From Camelus dromedarius (lineage: Eukaryota), in the NCBI RefSeq assembly GCF_036321535.1, contig NC_087446.1, forward strand, positions 48,856,001 through 48,920,000: a DNA stretch of 64,000 nucleotides, in the 5' to 3' direction. Below the pieces are notes generated by a model. That model had not been told where the DNA came from. It did not search any database and was given only the letters and a program-made list of their open reading frames with translations. The translations under genes and the position numbers were made by a program. This document shows, piece by piece, positions 61,081 through 64,000 of the stretch. The stretch's first letter is position 1, and every line of letters begins with the position of its first letter.

Positions 61081-61420
61081 TGTTTAGGTGATTATGCAAT
61101 AATCTATTTTGTTCAGGTGATTATGCAAATAAAGCACTGCGCATAGTCTCTGGTATATATATAAAGTAATGTATCAATGTCAGTAATAAATGGCACAGTC
61201 TATCTGGGGAAAGGCCACTTGGGCTCGGCCCTCCCTCCTACAGTCCCTCAGTGCGACCAGAGGAGATGCTGGGAGCGTGGGTGCCGGCTGTAATTGGGCT
61301 TCCCTCGTGGATGTGGTTGGGCTTCGCCCAATCAGACGGCCCTGGTGGGACGCGGCGTTGAGTGGGCGGAGCCTCAGCCCGGGGAGGGGTTTGCACTGCC
61401 TGCGCCCCTCCCTGCGGTCC
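61081..61420. promoter_or_regulatory. Candidate promoter/enhancer: octamer, TATA-like run, two CCAAT boxes, GC box, mini CpG island
   Basis: ATGCAAAT at 61123-61130; tatatatataaa at about 61154-61165; ATTGG at 61293-61297; gcCCAATcag at 61326-61335; GGGCGG at 61364-61369; 14 CpG in 61226-61416. Motif evidence only. Confidence 0.4.
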
Positions 61421-61666
61421 CTCAGCATCTGATGGAGGAGGCAGAGGTTAGACTTACCACTTGGCTAAATGTCTGGGACTTTGCAGGCTCCTCAGGCACC
61501 TTGGCCCCAGTAAGCAGCCACAGAGGGAAATATACTGTGAAAGGGGACAGTCGTGGGAACTGAGGGTTGAACAAATTCTGGTATTAAGAACAACGTGTAT
61601 GCACTTTTTTTTTTTTAAATTTTCATCCCCTCCTGCTTCTTTTATTTTATTTTTTAAAGCTTTTTT

Positions 61667-61809
61667 TTTTTTAAGGTTTTTTTTGGGTGGGAGGGGATAG
61701 GTAATTAGATTCACTTATTTACTTATTTTTAGAGGAAGTACTGGGGATTGAACACAGGACTTCATGCATGCTAAGCATGTACTCCAACACTTGAGCTATA
61801 CCCTCCCCC
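61667..61809 (-). mobile_element. Vic-1-like camelid SINE
   Basis: Reverse strand reads gggggagggtatagctcaagtgttggagtacatgcttagcatgcatgaagtcctgtgttcaatccccagtacttcc; near-TSD taaagctttttt (61655-61666) and taaacctttttt (61814-61825). Confidence 0.9.
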
Positions 61810-62324
61810 GATATAAACCTTTTTTGACAAATGTGGAATGTCTTTGTATTTGTCGTTAATGAGTTGTGGTAGATACTCCATTAAAGCCTGATGAATTTTA
61901 ATAAACATAGGTCTATGAGGTATCACTGTACGAAGTACTGAATATTTCATGATCATCTGTTAGTTTGCTTGTTGGTTGCTCTGATCTGAATTTATGCCTC
62001 TTATCTTAAATATAGTTTAGGACTGGGTTTAGGGTCAACAAGGAGCCTTTTAAAGACACTATTAGATTCTTTTAACTTTTACCCTTAAGGCTTCTGTCAC
62101 TTCTGGAATTCACTCCAACCATGAGAAGGAAAGTCATCCCAATGCCTATGAAATGGAATCTAGTTTTAGTTTTAAAACTAGAAATCTGAAAGATTCAATT
62201 CCTTATGATTGCAAAATATTTATTTCTTAATATTTTGGTTTTACACAAACTGGTGCTTTTGAAATGTTGTTGATTGAGCTGGCTCATCTTTGATGTCATT
62301 TTTAGGGGTAAAGCACTAATAAAT

Positions 62325-63300
62325 TGTAGTCTTTCTTGTAAGATTTGCATTCAATGCTATAAATTTCCCTTTAAGCACTGCTTTTACTGTGTTTAACACA
62401 TTTTGTTAAGTTGTATAGTCATTTTCGCTTAGTAAAAAAATTTGAACTTTCTCCTGAGACTTCTTTTTTTGATCCCTGCTTTGTTTAATATCTAAATCTT
62501 TTGGGATTTTGCAGCTATCTTTCTGATTTCGTTTTCTACTTCAAAGTCCTTTTTGGTCTGAGAACATATTCTGTATGATTTCTGTTGTTTTAGATTTGTT
62601 GAAGTGTAGGGTGTTTTTACCCTGAATATTGTCTATCTGGTGAATTTTTTACAGGAGTTTGAGAAGTCTGTGTATTCTGCTGTTGTTGGATGCAATATTT
62701 TATAAATGTTCATTAGATTCGGGTGATTGATGACACTGCTCAGTTCATCCTTACTGATTTTTTGCCGGCTGCATCTATCAGTTCCTGAAAGAGTAATGTT
62801 TAGCACTGTAATGGTGGATTTGTCTATTTCTATGTTTTCCACTATGATATTGGATCTTTCTATTTCTCCTTACAGTTTTATCTGTTTTTGCCCCACATAT
62901 TTGATGTTCTGTTGTTAGATGCATTTATGCTAAGGATTGCTTTGTCTTCTTGGAGAATTCACCCCTTTAGCATTATTTAATGACTCTCTTTATCCCTAAT
63001 AATTTTCCTTGTTCTGAAGTTTGTTTTGTCTGACATGAATATAGCTACTCTAGCTTTGTTTGCTTTGATTTAGTATGGCTTATCTTTTTCTGTCCTTTTA
63101 CTTTTAACCCATCTACGTCTTTATAATTACAGTGGGTTTCTTGTAGACCACAGATAGTTGGGTCTTATTTTTTTAATCCATTCTGACAGTGTCTGTCTTT
63201 TAATTGCTGTCCTTAGACCATTGTATTTAAATTATTGATAGTTGAATTAATATCTACCATATTTGTAACTGTTGTCCTTCTGTGTTATTTTTGCCATTCT
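62325..63300 (-). mobile_element. Old L1M, ORF2 endonuclease region (fossil)
   Basis: ORF 62633-62842 EIDKSTITV...DRCSRQKISKD...IYKILHPTTAEYTDFS matches the L1 EN pattern EIDKSTIIVGDFN...DRTSRQKISKD...IYRTLHPTTAEYTFFS. Confidence 0.9.
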
Positions 63301-63339
63301 TACTATAAAAATATTTAAAAAATGAACTCCCCATTAGAG

Positions 63340-63790
63340 TGGCATGAGACACCCACTTTATCTTGCTCACAGTCACAAGGCAAGGAATTCAGGCAGGGCA
63401 CATCTGCTCTATGAGGACTCACGGGCTGGGGCCGCCTTGACATCAGGGGTTAGAATCTTCTGGCGTGACTTCACTCCCTGGTCTGCAGTTGAAGCTGGGT
63501 TTGGCTGGAAGACCTCCGTGAGACCTCCCTATGTGGCTGGGCTTCCTCGAAGCAGGGCAGGCTCAGGGCATAAAGATGTCTTGCTTGGTGACTAAAGGCT
63601 CCACAGAGGAGTGACCCCAATGACCAGGGAGAGGCTCCTGGCCTCTTCTGACATAACCCTGGGCACCTATCGCTGTTATTTCTGGGACATCTGTCAGTGA
63701 CAAGTGAGCACTGTGTCAGCTATGGTCACAGGGAGGGGCCTAGACCCCACTGTTCGATGGGAAGAACGTCAAAAAAATTTCAGGTTTTGA
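63340..63790 (-). mobile_element. MaLR LTR (MLT1E/F/G-like)
   Basis: ttatcttgctcacag...ggaattcaggcaggg...ggggttagaatcttctgg...cctccctatgtggctgggcttcctc...tagaccccactgttcgatgggaagaacgtcaaa. Confidence 0.75.
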
Positions 63791-64000
63791 AATTTCCATA
63801 TATGTAGACCAGTTTGAAAAATACTCAGTAGCAGCGATACCACTCCCACGTATGTGATGCAGGGAACGTTGCCTTTTGGCATAGGGCCAAGGGTAAGGTC
63901 AACGTGGGCTGGACTCCTTCCTCCACAGCCATGAGCTGTTTGACAACTAAGCACAAACATTGAGGGAAACTTACAGAACAGTTATGGAATACTGAAGCAC

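Noticed and set aside
62633-62842. 69-aa ORF with clear endonuclease similarity
   Set aside because: A fossil L1 ORF2 fragment lacking the catalytic GDFN motif, not a host gene.

Overview
This is non-coding mammalian genomic DNA, almost certainly from a camelid (alpaca, llama or camel). The taxon call rests on three tRNA-Ala-derived SINEs matching the camelid Vic-1 family and on artiodactyl-type L1 3' ends. I recognise no protein-coding exon, RNA gene or CRISPR array. The ORFs in the track are chance frames or fossil retroelement frames. The window is an intergenic or intronic mosaic of old and young repeats: L2 and MIR fossils, L1 fragments, MaLR (MLT1) LTRs, hAT transposons (MER20, MER58-like, MER5A), two ERV1-type LTRs and three short assembly gaps. 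The largest structured element is a roughly 4.4 kb ERVL provirus (MER21-type LTRs, tRNA-Leu PBS, gag-pro-pol relics) whose RT catalytic core is deleted in frame. The most interesting unexplained signals are a compact promoter-like module at about 61.1-61.4 kb, a perfect 3 x 80 bp tandem repeat at 26.6-26.8 kb, and patches of strong CpG excess inside ancient repeats. I did not find convincing evidence of a novel biological system. Repeat subfamily names come from recalled consensus motifs, not from a database search.
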